Below are positions 1 to 12,500 of a stretch of DNA of 64,000 nucleotides, in pieces; position 1 is the stretch's first letter; every line of letters begins with the position of its first letter. The position numbers and the translations under genes are program-made. This DNA is from Nemertoderma westbladi (Eukaryota > Animalia > Xenacoelomorpha): positions 1-64,000 of the forward strand of contig JAUCBJ010008555.1 of NCBI GenBank assembly GCA_032718475.1, written 5' to 3'. The notes under the pieces are model-generated. The model was not told where the DNA came from. It searched no databases and saw only the letters and a program-made list of their open reading frames with translations.

Positions 1-752
1 TCTGCTAAATAACATTGGATTCAATACACACCACATTAATATAAATCGCAATTGTTATGTATAGCCGGTCTCTCTAACCTGTAGTGTTATCAAGAAAATT
101 GGGAATTGGGTGATTTATCCGTATTATCCAAATAGCAATATTTCCATCAACAAATAGGTACAATTAATAACTGACGGTAAAATAACAGTACAAGCAATAT
201 GATTAATGCAAAAGTATCAAGATTAGTTAATGAGTATGATTATCAAGTTAAATTAGTTTGGTAACAGTTTATACTTTCGATAATTCAAGCAGTTTACTAT
301 AGTTCTTACTAAAAGGCCGGTGTTTCTGGCTTAGACAGCAATAACAACAAAGTATCAAGAAAAAACAGTAAGACTGAACACTCTCCTTATGATCGACTAA
401 AAAGCTACACGTCGACAGGAAAAATCGCTCTGATTGGCTCAAGCCAAACAAAGAACCTTGCATCTAATGGCTGTTTCCATGTCAGCAACCAGCTGCTAGA
501 TGTCGTAATATGAATTATCACGGCTAAGCTATGAAAGGTAGTTGGTGCATTACAGGTTTTTTGTCTTACCATGTCCGCCAAAACACGTATATAGCAGAAT
601 TACTTTTATGTCCGTTAAAACACCTGTAAAGGTACCTTGCGGGCGAGGGGAATATATATACAGTTAGAAAACCTTTTTAGAGTATTCCAGCGTCTGGGGG
701 GGAACTGGCCAGCAAAGGCAAACGTATCAGTTATCCCACAAAAGCTTTTACA
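1..752 (-). mobile_element. Partial, diverged LTR of the same Bel/Pao family (5' end at 752; continues past the window start)
   Basis: Reverse complement begins TGTAAAAGCTTTTGTGGGATA like the LTRs at 6127 and 42263. It shares blocks such as CCCCTCGCCCGCAAGGTACC, CCAATCAGAGCGATTTTT and TCTCTCTAACCTGTAGTG. It is not preceded by the internal PPT, so it is a 5' or solo LTR. Confidence 0.85.
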
Positions 753-826
753 CTGTAGTACATAGTAGGACTACCAAGATCAGAAGATACAGCCAACAGC
801 GGTACATCTGTACATGGCTGCATTGG

Positions 827-2898
827 CCAGCCTGGAAAATGTTTGCAAAAATTAAAACGCGTTGTGCGCGGTAAAATAATGGGTGCGCGTGCGCGTGCGC
901 AGAAAAGGCCAAAAACGTGCGCCGTGCGCCCACAGAGCAAGCCACATGTGCGCGCTTGCGCGCACATGGCATATGTGTACACGCTTGCGCGCACATGGCG
1001 TGTGTGTGCGCGCTCTTGCGTGCCAAAAATTTTCCTGTTTTTCTGCACACAGTTTTACTTTACTTTACTTTTTATATGCTGAAAAGATATGTAAGTCCGG
1101 AAATTTTAATTGACATACCGGTATGTATTGTCTTGTATGTATTTATGTCGTCATATGCATTCGTGGCAGGTTATTTCAACTATTTAGTTTTCGATTTCCA
1201 TACTTACATATGTTTTAAGCATATGTTTAGAAAAACAGAAAAACAAAATTTATTAGTTTTTTATCATAACACTATTACTTGGCAAGGTAAATATGAGGCG
1301 CCGTTAACGCCAAAAGGTCAGCAATAATATTAAAGGTTTTAAAAAGAATATTAGAGAATTTCAAAACATATTTTCGGCCGAAATTTCTGTAGAATTTTCG
1401 GCCGAAAATGACATCAAATGAAAGAGCTGAAAAAATGTAAAAAAATATTTCGGCCGAAATTTCCTAATAATTCCCGATAATCCGGGATCCCGATCTCCGA
1501 ATACTTTCCTAAATAATTTTGAAATTCTCTAATATTCTTTTTAAAACCTTTAATATTATTGCTGACCTTTAAATAAACAATTAAAAGTACATAAATATGA
1601 ATGTAAATATACAAATAAAAGTATATCATTCCACTAAGACCATTACATTTTTAATTCAGAACTGTGATCGGTTAACCTAAACATACAGTATGACCTGATT
1701 ACATTAAGCTACCTTATTTCCGTTTCCGTACTTACTCTGGTCGCAGCATTTCCAAGAACTCCATGTACGCATTATACATGTATGTAAATAGTTATTAGAT
1801 TTCGCAATGAAATTTTTTATTCCAAAATTGAACTAGAGAAATATACTGTAGGCATACAATTTTAACGATACATACAACATACAATTTATACGTCATACTT
1901 GGACGGCCCCTTAGGTTAGGACAGTAGGAGGTTACACAGTAACCAGCAGTGCACTAGCAACACTTCCCACTCTACAGCTCTATTTGAAATTATTCCATAG
2001 GTTTAAAAAGATTGAAAAATGTCCGCTCGCTTCGCTCGCGTTTATACTGTAAGCCTACTCTTAGCACTGTCTGGCTGTGGACAAAGGGAAACAGACAAGA
2101 TTGAGCATGACCATTAAAAACATGACTTGTTTCAAAAGTTTTTCAATTGTCAGATTCTTCAAACCAATAAAACCATGACAGCCTGCATGATTCAGCAGAA
2201 TTTCCGTGCTCGCTACGCTCGCCAGCTCGCAATTTAATGACATCTGCATTTGAAAACAGTCGGTTTGCCTACTTTAAATGCTGAAATGTTAAAATTTTCG
2301 TGCTCGCTACGCTCGCATCTTGATCACATCTGCATTTAAAAACAGTCAGTTGACGTTGACCTACTACTACTACTGTATTTATGTTTAATATAATTGGAAA
2401 ATTTTCTTGCTCGCTACGCTCACATTTTAATGTTAAAATACTGTAGGGCTACAGCATTATAAACTGATAAATTATTAAAATTAAGCAATTACTGCAAAAT
2501 TTCATAGTCAATTGTTGGCTTGGAGCGCATTAGATGTCATGGCTGGCGCGATTTTCGTTTAACCAGAACGTGTGTGGCGCGCTTTTTGTCAGTATTCCAT
2601 ATAGGGGCTTGGGCAGCAATCAGTCTGCTCTGCTACTAAATTGTACCGGTCCCGTGTCAGGCTTGCGGTAGTCGTAGTCGTAGCAGTAGTCTCGCGCAAT
2701 TTAAACTACAGTAGGCCTATCCCACCTTTTATTTTCGGGGTCTAGGGGTGCGCGGTTGAATTTTTTGGGTGCGCGGTGGAGATTTTTGGGGTGCGCGGTT
2801 AAGATTCTTGGGGTGCGCGATTTTTCTATATGGGAATGCGTGGTTGGCAATGAAGTGCGCGGGCGTTGTGCGCGCCTGGGTGACTTTTTCCAGGCTGG
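827..2898. mobile_element. Non-autonomous hAT-like DNA transposon
   Basis: 13-bp TIR CCAGCCTGGAAAA / TTTTCCAGGCTGG; 8-bp TSD TGCATTGG (819-826, 2899-2906); TGCGCG-rich subterminal repeats at both ends; no transposase ORF. Confidence 0.75.
1313..1570. mobile_element. MITE-like inverted repeat nested in the hAT-like element
   Basis: ~55-bp near-perfect inverted arms (AAAGGTCAGCAATAATATTAAAGG... / ...CCTTTAATATTATTGCTGACCTTT) around three TTTCGGCCGAAA palindromes; no TSD identified. Confidence 0.6.
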
Positions 2899-2975
2899 TG
2901 CATTGGCAGCATGGTAGGCCTACAAATGTACAAGTGGAAAAATATAAAATATAAACTTGGTATGCACTTCTGCAC

Positions 2976-3862
2976 GGGTCCGACGAATTTGTACAAAAAA
3001 GTACAAAAAAATACAAAATAGTACAATATAGTACAAAAGAATACAAAAGAGTACATTAAAGTGCAAAAATAGTACAAAAGAGTGCAAAAATAGTACAAAA
3101 GAGTACAAACGAGTGAGAAACGCTTGCAAAACGTATATCCAAGTCCAAGTGTAGTTCAAATCGTTTAGAGGGGCGCACATGATGTGCAAAATAAAACAAA
3201 GCATTGTCTGATTGTGGGGCGAGCCATGCATTGAGCGGGGGCTGATCTAACTGTCTAGCAGTCAGAGAGTAGGCCCCGATTACAATACAATCTTATGAGT
3301 TTCAATGCAGCACAAAAAACGGCCCCAAGACCACAAAAGTACAGAGGGAGAACTCAATAGAGTTGCAGATACAGGCGTACATACAGACATACATAGCTGC
3401 ATAGCCTGTAGCATACAGTCTATCCTTCAGTATATGGGCTACTTTAAGACTATGACCTAAATTTTGAGTCTCAGTTATAGGAGTTTTATCTACCCACTGT
3501 ATAGTATTGCATTATATTGTATTATACGAACTGTAGCCTATTTCTACTTGTAAGCCAGTCAAAATCTACATGAATCAAAGTTCTGTCAATCATTTCATAC
3601 TGACCACAGAACCAAGGCCGCTAGTGATTGACACTGTAGCGGCGCATATTTCGGTCCCGTTGCATTTGCTTACAATTAATTATATTTATGTACAAGTGTA
3701 GTGTAGTGTAGACTACACTGGTATACACAGATACAGATTTTGTACTATTTTTGGACTCTTTTGTACTATTTTTGCACTTTATTGTACTCTTTTGTACTCT
3801 TGTGTATTCTTTTGTACTATATTGTACTATTTTGTACTTTTTTGTACAGATTCGTCGGACCG
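2976..3862. mobile_element. MULE/foldback-like MITE
   Basis: TIR GGGTCCGACGAA / TTCGTCGGACCG extended by ~140 bp of GTACAAAA subrepeats; 9-bp TSD CTTCTGCAC (2967-2975, 3863-3871). Confidence 0.8.
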
Positions 3863-4141
3863 CTTCTGCACTTAGCAGGCAGGTGTTGCAGGTCGTCAGC
3901 AGGGTACTGGCTGACTGGGGTATGGGCTATGGCATCAGTCGATCAGTATCGTATGGCATGGCAGCATGGTATTGATTTTTTATGTCCCTTATTTTGAATT
4001 TTTTTGTCCGCCTTTTTTTACGAATTGTGCATTCTGTTTCGAAATAGATTAGAAGATTAATAGTAGAAACCCAATACCAATACTTCGCGCAGCACGTAAG
4101 TCCAGATAACTTTTCCTCTGAGCGTAGAAGTACAATTAGTG

Positions 4142-5007
4142 GGTAGGACTAAAAACCCAAACAGCCAAACGTACCAAACGGGGAAGTAGGCCTATGGCAG
4201 TATGGTACGGACGGAGTTATATCGTAGGCCTACTTATTCATAGCCTATTCATATCACAACGGTGTGGCAAAAAGATCTGGAAATAAAATTTACCAATATT
4301 GAGAAGAAAAACGGAAAGAACATTTATTTGACTTAAATACAGAAATATGCTTAAACATTAGCCTAATTAACTACCGGTAATTAAGTAAAACCTGAATTGA
4401 TGCCCTGCATGCCTAGATGAGCTGATATACTGTACGATGGTACCGGTACAAAGTACTTTCAGTTTCTCAGTAGGCCTATAACACAATACACAATGTGTAG
4501 GTATACAGTTTGAGTCAGTTCCAATATTTTTATGATAAAATTGCCACAACGCGGAGGTTAAACTTTCCACTATGCTGCCGCTATGGAGAACACAATCGCC
4601 ACAACAGAGGTTATACTGTAGCTGCGGCAAATGGAGGACACAATTACCACAACACATTGAGGTTTTACTTGCCATATTGGAGAAAACCATCGCCACAACA
4701 TTACGAACATATCCAGTACTAGTATCTAGTTCTAGTATCCACCTGCTAGCGTTTACCAACATTGATTTAGTTAAAAGTAGGTACCTGTATTGATAACCTG
4801 ATTGATGTTAATGCACAATAATGCAACTTTAATTAATTGATTAATTAAGCATTTAAATCAAATATTTTATTTCCGTTTTTCTTCATAATCTTAAATTGTA
4901 TTTCCAGGACTTTTCGCCACTCCGTGATATTAGGCTAATATGTCCGATATAACTCCGCACTTCCCGTTTAGGTACGTTTGGGTCCGTTTGGGTTTTTAGT
5001 CCTGCCG
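4142..5007. mobile_element. MULE-like MITE with long imperfect TIRs
   Basis: GGTAGGACTAAAAACCCAAAC... / ...GTTTGGGTTTTTAGTCCTGCCG, inverted similarity over ~180 bp; 9-bp TSD CAATTAGTG (4133-4141, 5008-5016). Confidence 0.75.
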
Positions 5008-5024
5008 CAATTAGTGGCCCTAGT

Positions 5025-5330
5025 CATTCGCCCCTTAGCGCAGACAGAGGAACTGTAAACATACTCTATGTCTGCGTGCAGAATTTCTAATTCAGCAATG
5101 ATCATAGGCCGTAGGCCACTCTTACCAAATATCATATGGATCTGATGGTTGGTTCTATAAGTACAGCTCTAAATACGTCAATTCGGTCACTTCGCCCCCT
5201 AGCGGCTGACAGTTAAACTACAGAAGTCTGTCTATCTGTAAAATTTCTAAACTTTTTATAGACTGCATTACATGTGTACCAAGTTTGGTTTATATATAAA
5301 ATAAACAGGTAAAACACTAGAGTCTTACAC
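5025..5330. repeat. Dispersed repeat (TTCGCCCYCTAGCG...GACAGA motif), also at ~48950-49160
   Basis: TCGCCCCTTAGCGCAGACAGAGGAACTGTAAA here versus TCGCCCTCTAGCGACAGACAGATGAACTGTAAA at ~48951; both followed by ATCTGATGGTT.GTTCTATAA and AATTTCTAAACT. Confidence 0.5.
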
Positions 5331-6126
5331 CCCACAAACTAACAAAAAACATAGGATCAGGACATCACGCCCAAAGTACAGTAGTACTCAGTTTGGTTTA
5401 ATTTCATCCAAGATTGACGGACTTATTAGCGTTCAAACATTTCCGACGACGACAACGACAGACGGGTCCACTAATTATTATACGCCTTCGCTAAAGGCTC
5501 ACCTGGACTTACGTGACTAGCCCCTCAGTTAATCGTATGCCAGATATGTAGCCCAGCCCACATTAAAAAACATTAAAAGAAGCACTACTGTATGTAGCCG
5601 ATCAGAAGTTTGTGCTTTTAATTTTAAGGCAGTCGTAAAAATGACTTTTTATGTATGCATTTCTTCAAACTGTGTATCTTGACCCCATTTGTCTCTATAT
5701 TGTGAGATTCCTCTTAGAGCAGCACACATTACAAATAATTTTGCAGTTTAATCATTTTGCCATAACGCACACTAGTCACTGTATGTAGGCTACAGTAAGT
5801 TAGAGGCATGAGTTGTGTACCCATTTACCACGGGTTTCACATCCAAAGCAGTTGTTTCCAGTAACTCGTTTCCCGCGATGAGGAGTACAGTTTCCATACC
5901 AACACAGTAAATTTAACGTACAATAAAGATAGCCGAAACCTATGTTTCTGGTTCATAGATTATATTCTATGATCACTTAAATTGTACATTTAGTATTCAA
6001 TTCAACTTCTGCCGCATGTGAAGAAGGCTAGACCAAACTTTATGCTTTAAATATGAAGCGAGTTTGAAAGATGTCGTTCGCGGCGAATACATACTAAAAT
6101 CGAGTTATATTGGTGTTGTAAGGGTC

Positions 6127-7310
6127 TGTAAAAGCTTTTGCGGATATACTCAGTTCCCCTCGCCCGCAAGGTACCGTTATAGGTGTTTTAACGGACATAA
6201 AAGTCATTCTTCTATATACGTGCTTTGGAGGACATGGTAAGGCAAAAAACCCGCAATGCACCAAATACCCTTGCACAGCTTAGCCTTGATGATTCAGATT
6301 ACGACATCTAACAGCTGGTTGCTGACATGGAAACGGCCATTGGACACATGGTTCTTTGTTTAGCTTAACAGCCAATCAGAGCGATTTTTTCTGTCGATGT
6401 GGAGCTTTTTGGCAGATCATGCTAGGAGTGTTCAGTCTTACTGTTTTTTCTTGATACTGTTGTGTTGTTTCTATCTAGGCCAGGAACACCGGCTCTAGAG
6501 TCAACTCGTTTTCATACTTTAGAAGAAACATTAGTAGGCTTAAGATTATAGAGCGTATAACTGTTATCGGTCCATATCAGTTCAATTCATAACATATCAT
6601 ATCTTAACCTACCGTCTTAATGCTTTTTACTGTTGTCATATTTTGTATCAGTTGGTTGAATATTATTTGGAGAACATTTATAAAGAACCCAAATTTCCCA
6701 ATTTTCTTGATACACTACAGGTTAGAGAGACGGGTTATATATAGCGATTGCGACTTATATTATTGTGGTTTGTAGTGAATTTAATGCTATTTGATAAGCA
6801 CTACATGAGTCAGTTGCTGTTCTCTTTATATATGATAAAATTCATTGACGGTCGGCAAATTAGTGAGCAGTATTGTGTGTTACCGGTAGTGTGCCTGATT
6901 GTGACTGATAACTAAGCATTTCCTAAAGAATGCGCCTCATACGTGAATCATAAGCCTTACCGACTTGCCGTTGTGATTAGTATAAGTCATATCTCTGTTT
7001 ACCTAGATAGAGCGCCACGTCCTAAAGGAACTGTTAATATTTCCCGAAAGTGAATAATATTAGTCAGAAATTATTTATTAACGATCAATCGAATAATACA
7101 GTAAGCTTACACTGCAATAATAATCTAAGCCCTCAGAATCCAGTCTCCCGGGTATATCCAGCGGGTGAATGGACGCGCACTAGGCTGGCTTCTGCTAATG
7201 TTGTGTTTATTGGTATTAAATATTTGTCAACTTCTAAAGTCTATTTATAAACCAAAAGACATATAAATTTTGGCAGGTTAAACTGCTAAAGGTCTTCAAA
7301 AGCGCGTACA
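6127..7310 (+). repeat. 5' LTR of copy 1
   Basis: TGTAAAAGC...GCGCGTACA; only two substitutions seen by eye versus 22490-23673. Confidence 0.97.
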
Positions 7311-7321
7311 ATAACAGTTAT
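7311..7321 (+). promoter_or_regulatory. Non-tRNA primer-binding position ATAACAGTTAT (candidate self-priming PBS)
   Basis: Directly follows the 5' LTR, lacks TGG, is the exact reverse complement of LTR 6557-6567, and is identical in copy 2 (41043-41053, -). Confidence 0.55.
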
Positions 7322-7375
7322 TGACTTTATTGCAGTAAGCAATAAAGTTGAAAGTACCGGTCGACCGGTAAACTT

Positions 7376-7501
7376 GAACCGGTACTTCTGTAGGTCAGTA
7401 GGCCCAACTGCCAGAACCGGTACTGCTGTAGGTCCGTAGGTCCAACTGCCAGAACCGGTACTTCTGTAGGTCTGTAGGCCCAACTGTCCTAACCGGTACT
7501 T
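7376..7501 (+). repeat. ~33-bp tandem repeat in the 5' leader
   Basis: About 4 copies of AACCGGTACTTCTGTAGGTC.GTAGGCCCAACTG; fewer copies in copy 2 (~40920-41010). Confidence 0.75.
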
Positions 7502-7734
7502 CCAGTATAAGTACATTAGTATTATTCGATTTTGATTATTGTATACCGGTAGGTCTTGATATTAAATCGGGGACGCCTGGTTTTTATTGGGATTTTACTT
7601 AGGTCTATTTCTGTCAGTTTTATTTCCTAGTAAGTTAATATTGAGCTGAAGACGTATAAGTCTGCTCAGATTGTTCAGATAACTGTAGGCCGGACTGTTG
7701 TCGGATTGTTGTTGGGTTTGGAGAGATTACGGCG

Positions 7735-8255
7735 TGTGTAGAGTTTGTCCGATAGAGTGCCAGTTAGTAAGTTGGGGCAGCCATAGCTGTAAGGTCAATC
7801 CCCTCTTAAAGAATAAGTCGTACTACCGTGTTAGAACGCATACTAACTAACCATTTTGGAATCTGCACGTACTGTAGTTTATTTAGGCTTGACAGTATTC
7901 TGCCAGCGTTTTGGCCTGTGTTTGTTTGTGTGGTCTGTTCAGGTACCGTAATAGTTATTACTCAGATATTTTGTAGGCTGGATTGTTGTCTAGCTATTAT
8001 TAGGTCTGAAGAGATTGCTGCTTGTGTAGAGTTTGTCTGATAAAGTGCCAGTTAGTAAGTTGGGGCAGCCATAGCTGTAAGGTCAATCCCCTCTTAAAGA
8101 ATAAGTCGTACTACCGTGTTAGAACGCATACTAACTAACCATTTTGGAATCTGCACATACAGTAGTTTATTTAGGCTTGGTGGTAGTCTGCCAGCGTTTG
8201 GTTTGTATTTTGTGTGAGTATTCTGTACGGGTAGCGTAATATTTATTATTCAGAG
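7735..8255 (+). repeat. ~290-bp tandem duplication in the 5' leader
   Basis: GTGTAGAGTTTGTC...GGTCAATCCCCTCTTAAAGAATAAGTCG...GCCAGCGTTT occurs at ~7735 and ~8025; both units are also present in copy 2 (~40200-40690). Confidence 0.85.
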
Positions 8256-9549
8256 TTTATGCGATTATTCGCAACATTTATGTCCCCAAGTTTATTCCTA
8301 CAGTAATTGTGCTTGTTACACATACCGTTATAGTTAAATTAACCCCGGTACTACACGGGCTGCTTGGCGTAGGAAAAGACTGGTGACTTTGTGCTTCGGT
8401 CACTCCAGCAGATGCCGTGGTTCTTTTAACTGTTCAAGTATATTTAACTACTGATTATTTGTTGTACCAGTACTTGTACCTAATTTAGGGTTTAGTGTAC
8501 AGTGCTTTCCGAAAGTAATTAGTGTGTAGGCAGTATATTTGTGTTGTAAAGTGGTTAATAGGCACGTTGGATCTGGTAGTCCGCGGTAATTAACTTCCAG
8601 GTAGGAACACTCCGTGATACATAACGTAGTACCTACAGCGATACGGCTATAGGTCGTCAGGCGGTGGTATTTTCCTATCTGGACAGTGCAATATATTTAC
8701 TACTACTTATTATTTTCAAATACCGTAGTACCCTGTCCGTCGTAATAACCAGAAATCTAACCCTTTGTTAGACTGGTTGGTAGACTTCCTGTAAAATTAC
8801 CCTAAAATTTCGTACGTAATATTTTTGTTGTGTTTAATTAGAGATTTAATCTCACCCGTATCGTAAGTAATTTGTAGTATTAAGTAACTTTAGGTAAATT
8901 AGAATTATCAGTTTTTAGTGTCCAATAAATAGCACTTCACTGAGAGCGCACAGCTTCTGTGTAGTGACTTCCCCCAGAAATAATAACATTTATTTCAAAT
9001 ATTGACAAAACCCATTTTAAACGGGTATATAAATATTATAAATCAACTCAAACGATTTATAAATAGTAGGCCTGCCATACAACAACTAGGTCTCAATATC
9101 AGTTGGACTACTGCTTAAATAACGGTAATAAAGTAAGTTAAAGTAACCAAGTAACCCTAAAATATTCAGAAATTCAATTATTCTAAAATAATTGACATAC
9201 CGGTATTTACCATAGGCTTATTATATTTATTTCTATAAATTTGTGCTGAAATCATACCGGTATTCTGTAATTAATTCTAGTTCAGAATTATACTTATATA
9301 TACTATAAGTGTAAGCTGCATTCCGGTATTCACGATAGGCCTATTATATATTTATATATATTTGTGCTAAAATTATATACCGGTACTCTGTGACAAACCT
9401 AGTTTACAATACTTATATATACTATAAGTGTATACCGGTATTCTAATATACTGCAATAAATTAACGGTACTAGGCCAACGGTCATACTGAATTACTAGAC
9501 TTGCTTTAACTGTAACTATAGCAGTAGGCATTCAACCTTATAGCTAAAC

Positions 9550-12500
9550 ATGTCTGACACCCAGCAAAACCTGTCAGACAGTCTAATCGATACAACCATC
9601 TGTGACACAGATAGGAGTGTGGAGCGATTAAGAAAGGAGTACAGCTCACCTCCTACTGAAAGAAAGGTCATCCCTCCCGTAGTAGTATCAGACCCTAAGC
9701 TAATCCAACACCATAGGTCCATCATCAGCACTCGGGCCCAGGTCAAACGGAACCAGGAAGCAGCTGTCCAACAGCAGCAACATCCTAGTCAAGAAACTTG
9801 TTCCCAGCGATCGGATAGCTCCAGTAGTTCGGATACTGTAGAGCTGACTCCCGAACGCGGATTGCAGATGGCGGCTACAGCCTACTCGGACCCCCTTCTC
9901 ACCCTTCCTGCCGCAGCACTAACTACTATATTGATTGCGGTGGAGGAACATCAAGCCGATTGGGCGAGAAGTAAGAGAGCGACCCAAGATGATTATGCGG
10001 GATACGCCAGAGAAGAATTGGTGTCTATTGTCGAGTCACAATGGAACTTTCCCGGACCCGGACTCCCGTTAGATTTGTCCGAAGCTACTTGGGAAGATAT
10101 ACACAGGATGGGAGTGACTAAAGATACGATGGATCCAGCTGTTTGGAAGAGGTCGGCAGCAGGATATGTGCAGGGATTCTTCGGCTCCTTAGAGCGATTG
10201 GAAGAACAATTGTTTCGACAACCTCAAGGACCTCAAGAGCAGGAAGAGCTGCTTTATCAAGTACGCGAAAGAACCCTACGTATTAGACTAATCCTATCAG
10301 CCTTTGAGGAAACTTCCAAAAGAAGACAGGACACGTCGCTGCAGGTTGCTGTCAAGACTTGGTTCCAGCGGGTAGGTCTCAAAGTGCAAGAAACGGCCCA
10401 GTGGAAATCCCAGCTGGCTGAGAGATCAACCTATGAAGAACCAACCGATGCCACCCTTTCTCAAATGGAAAGCGAAGAAACACCAGCAGAGAAGCCGCCC
10501 TCGAGAGACGCCATAGACATCTATCTGTCAGACTATCAACGCTTCTTGGGTGATGAAGAGTTGAGGAGACGGCTGTCTGGACTTTCCCCTAATAGTGAAG
10601 GAACAAAGCTTGTGTTGGACGCAATCGATGCGGAAATGTTAGCTGCAAACCAAGCTGAATTTGATGAAAAACTCCGCCTCACTAGAGTCCAAGAAGAACA
10701 AGTAAAGAAAAAACAGATAGAGGACCGAAAAGCAGCAGCAGTAACGGCAGCAGAAGCAGAAGCAGCAAAGGCAGCGGCAGAAGCAGAAGCAGCAAAGGTA
10801 GCGGCAGCGGCAGAAGCAGAAGCAGCAAAGGTAGCGTCAGCGGCAGAAGCAGAAGCAGCAAAGGTAGCGGCAGCGGCAGAAGCAGAAGCAGCAAAGGCAG
10901 CGGCAGAAGCAGAAGCAGCGAAGGCAGCGGCAGCAGCAGAAGCAGAAAGAAAGGCAGCGGTGGCAAAAGCAGAACTGAGAGCGTCTGAGGAGACTACCCA
11001 ACTAGAGTTGGAAAATCTGCAAGAGACGCAAGACAACATAAATAAACAGTTAACTGCTAGTCACATGCAGATGATGAGAAGATCTACTCCCAAACGCCAG
11101 GGATATACATCATCGGAGGAAAGCGAAACCACCGATCCTGAAGGCGGAGGAAATAGATCTCGTCTAAGCAGGCGTAGAAAAACATCTTACCGTCACGAAT
11201 TGCCTGATTTGCCCCCAGCTGTTAGAAGACAACTAGCTAGCACAGACTTAAGTAGTATAGAACCTACAGACCAAATTATTAAGGTCAAAAAACTCCCTAC
11301 TATAGTTGATGAGCCTGAAATAATTAGGCCTGTCGTTCCCAAAGTCACTCCTGTGTTAGAGACCCCTGTACTTCCAGAGCTTAACTCTAAATTCCCTTTA
11401 CACAGTACTACACTGCCTGTACCCGGTAGAACAGTCCATGAGAATATCCCTGTCCTGGAAGCTGAGAGAGAAATCAAAGATTTGTCTCCCGTCGTCCCAC
11501 GTCAGCCCGCTACAATGTTGGTGACTCCCGCTTCGGCGGTCGAGTGGGTAGAGGAGGGACGGCGGGGGATGAATCTCCTGCTCGGACAGATGCAGGAGAC
11601 TGTCCACCAACTTAAGGGAACCGTAAGGGAAGGTAGGGCAGATTTGCAAGAAGTGCAGCAAAGTATCGCGCTAGAACGCGACAAATTAGTCAACATACAA
11701 AACGGTATACCAATACCCCCTGTAAAATTGTGTCAACCTGTTAGGTCTGAAGTATTACATGCGCAAGGTGTGGAGCCTACACGCATCTATACTGCTAGTG
11801 AAGTAGAAACTCCTATAGCAAACCCTATTAAGGGTGATTATAGACCTGTTGTTAATGATATTCCCTATAGACCTGATAATGATCCGAGAAATTTATATAC
11901 CGATAATTCGATATTAAATAACACGATGGCCCAAGAAAGCTTTACGCGTCAGATGGCTAGAACAGAAGCCCGCCAAGCGGTCAAAGTGGGAGAGATCGTC
12001 AAATTCAATGGAGATGAGATGAAATGGTTACCTTTCAACGAATATTACAAAGACAGCATACAGAACTCTGTGCTATCTAACGGAGAGAAACTTAGGTTCC
12101 TCATCAAGTGCTTGGAAGGACCTCCCAAGTTAATGGCGTTAAAGTTTATTGGACATCCAGAAGGATTAAGACAAGTTTGGGATACATTAAACATCAGGTA
12201 TGGTAACAAGGATAACATAGCTAAGTATTTGTATGCAAAATTAGTAGCCCCCCGAAACTTCCTTAGTAGCGGTATTATAGAGTTTTCCGATGAGATTCAG
12301 GAGATCTGTAGACAATTGGACTGGTTAGGTAAGTCTCATGAATATCAGAGTTCCATGGTTATTGGAGCAGTAGTCTCTACTTTACCAAAGGGTGGAGTAT
12401 GTACGCGTTGGGACAAGAAAGTGTTGTACATGAATGAACAACAACGACGAAGCCCTACCATGGCTGATCTCATGTCCTTCTTAGATGGTGAGGTAAAACT

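Noticed and set aside
731-1327. Overlapping Ala/Arg/Cys-rich ORFs
   Set aside because: They arise from TGCGCG subterminal repeats of the hAT-like element.
2729-3997. Phe/Tyr/Cys-rich ORFs
   Set aside because: Translations of the GTACAAAA subrepeats in MITE arms.
10536-11696. Antisense ORFs within gag (poly-Ala/Ser, poly-Leu)
   Set aside because: Shadows of the GCA-rich repeat and of the sense-strand coding frame.
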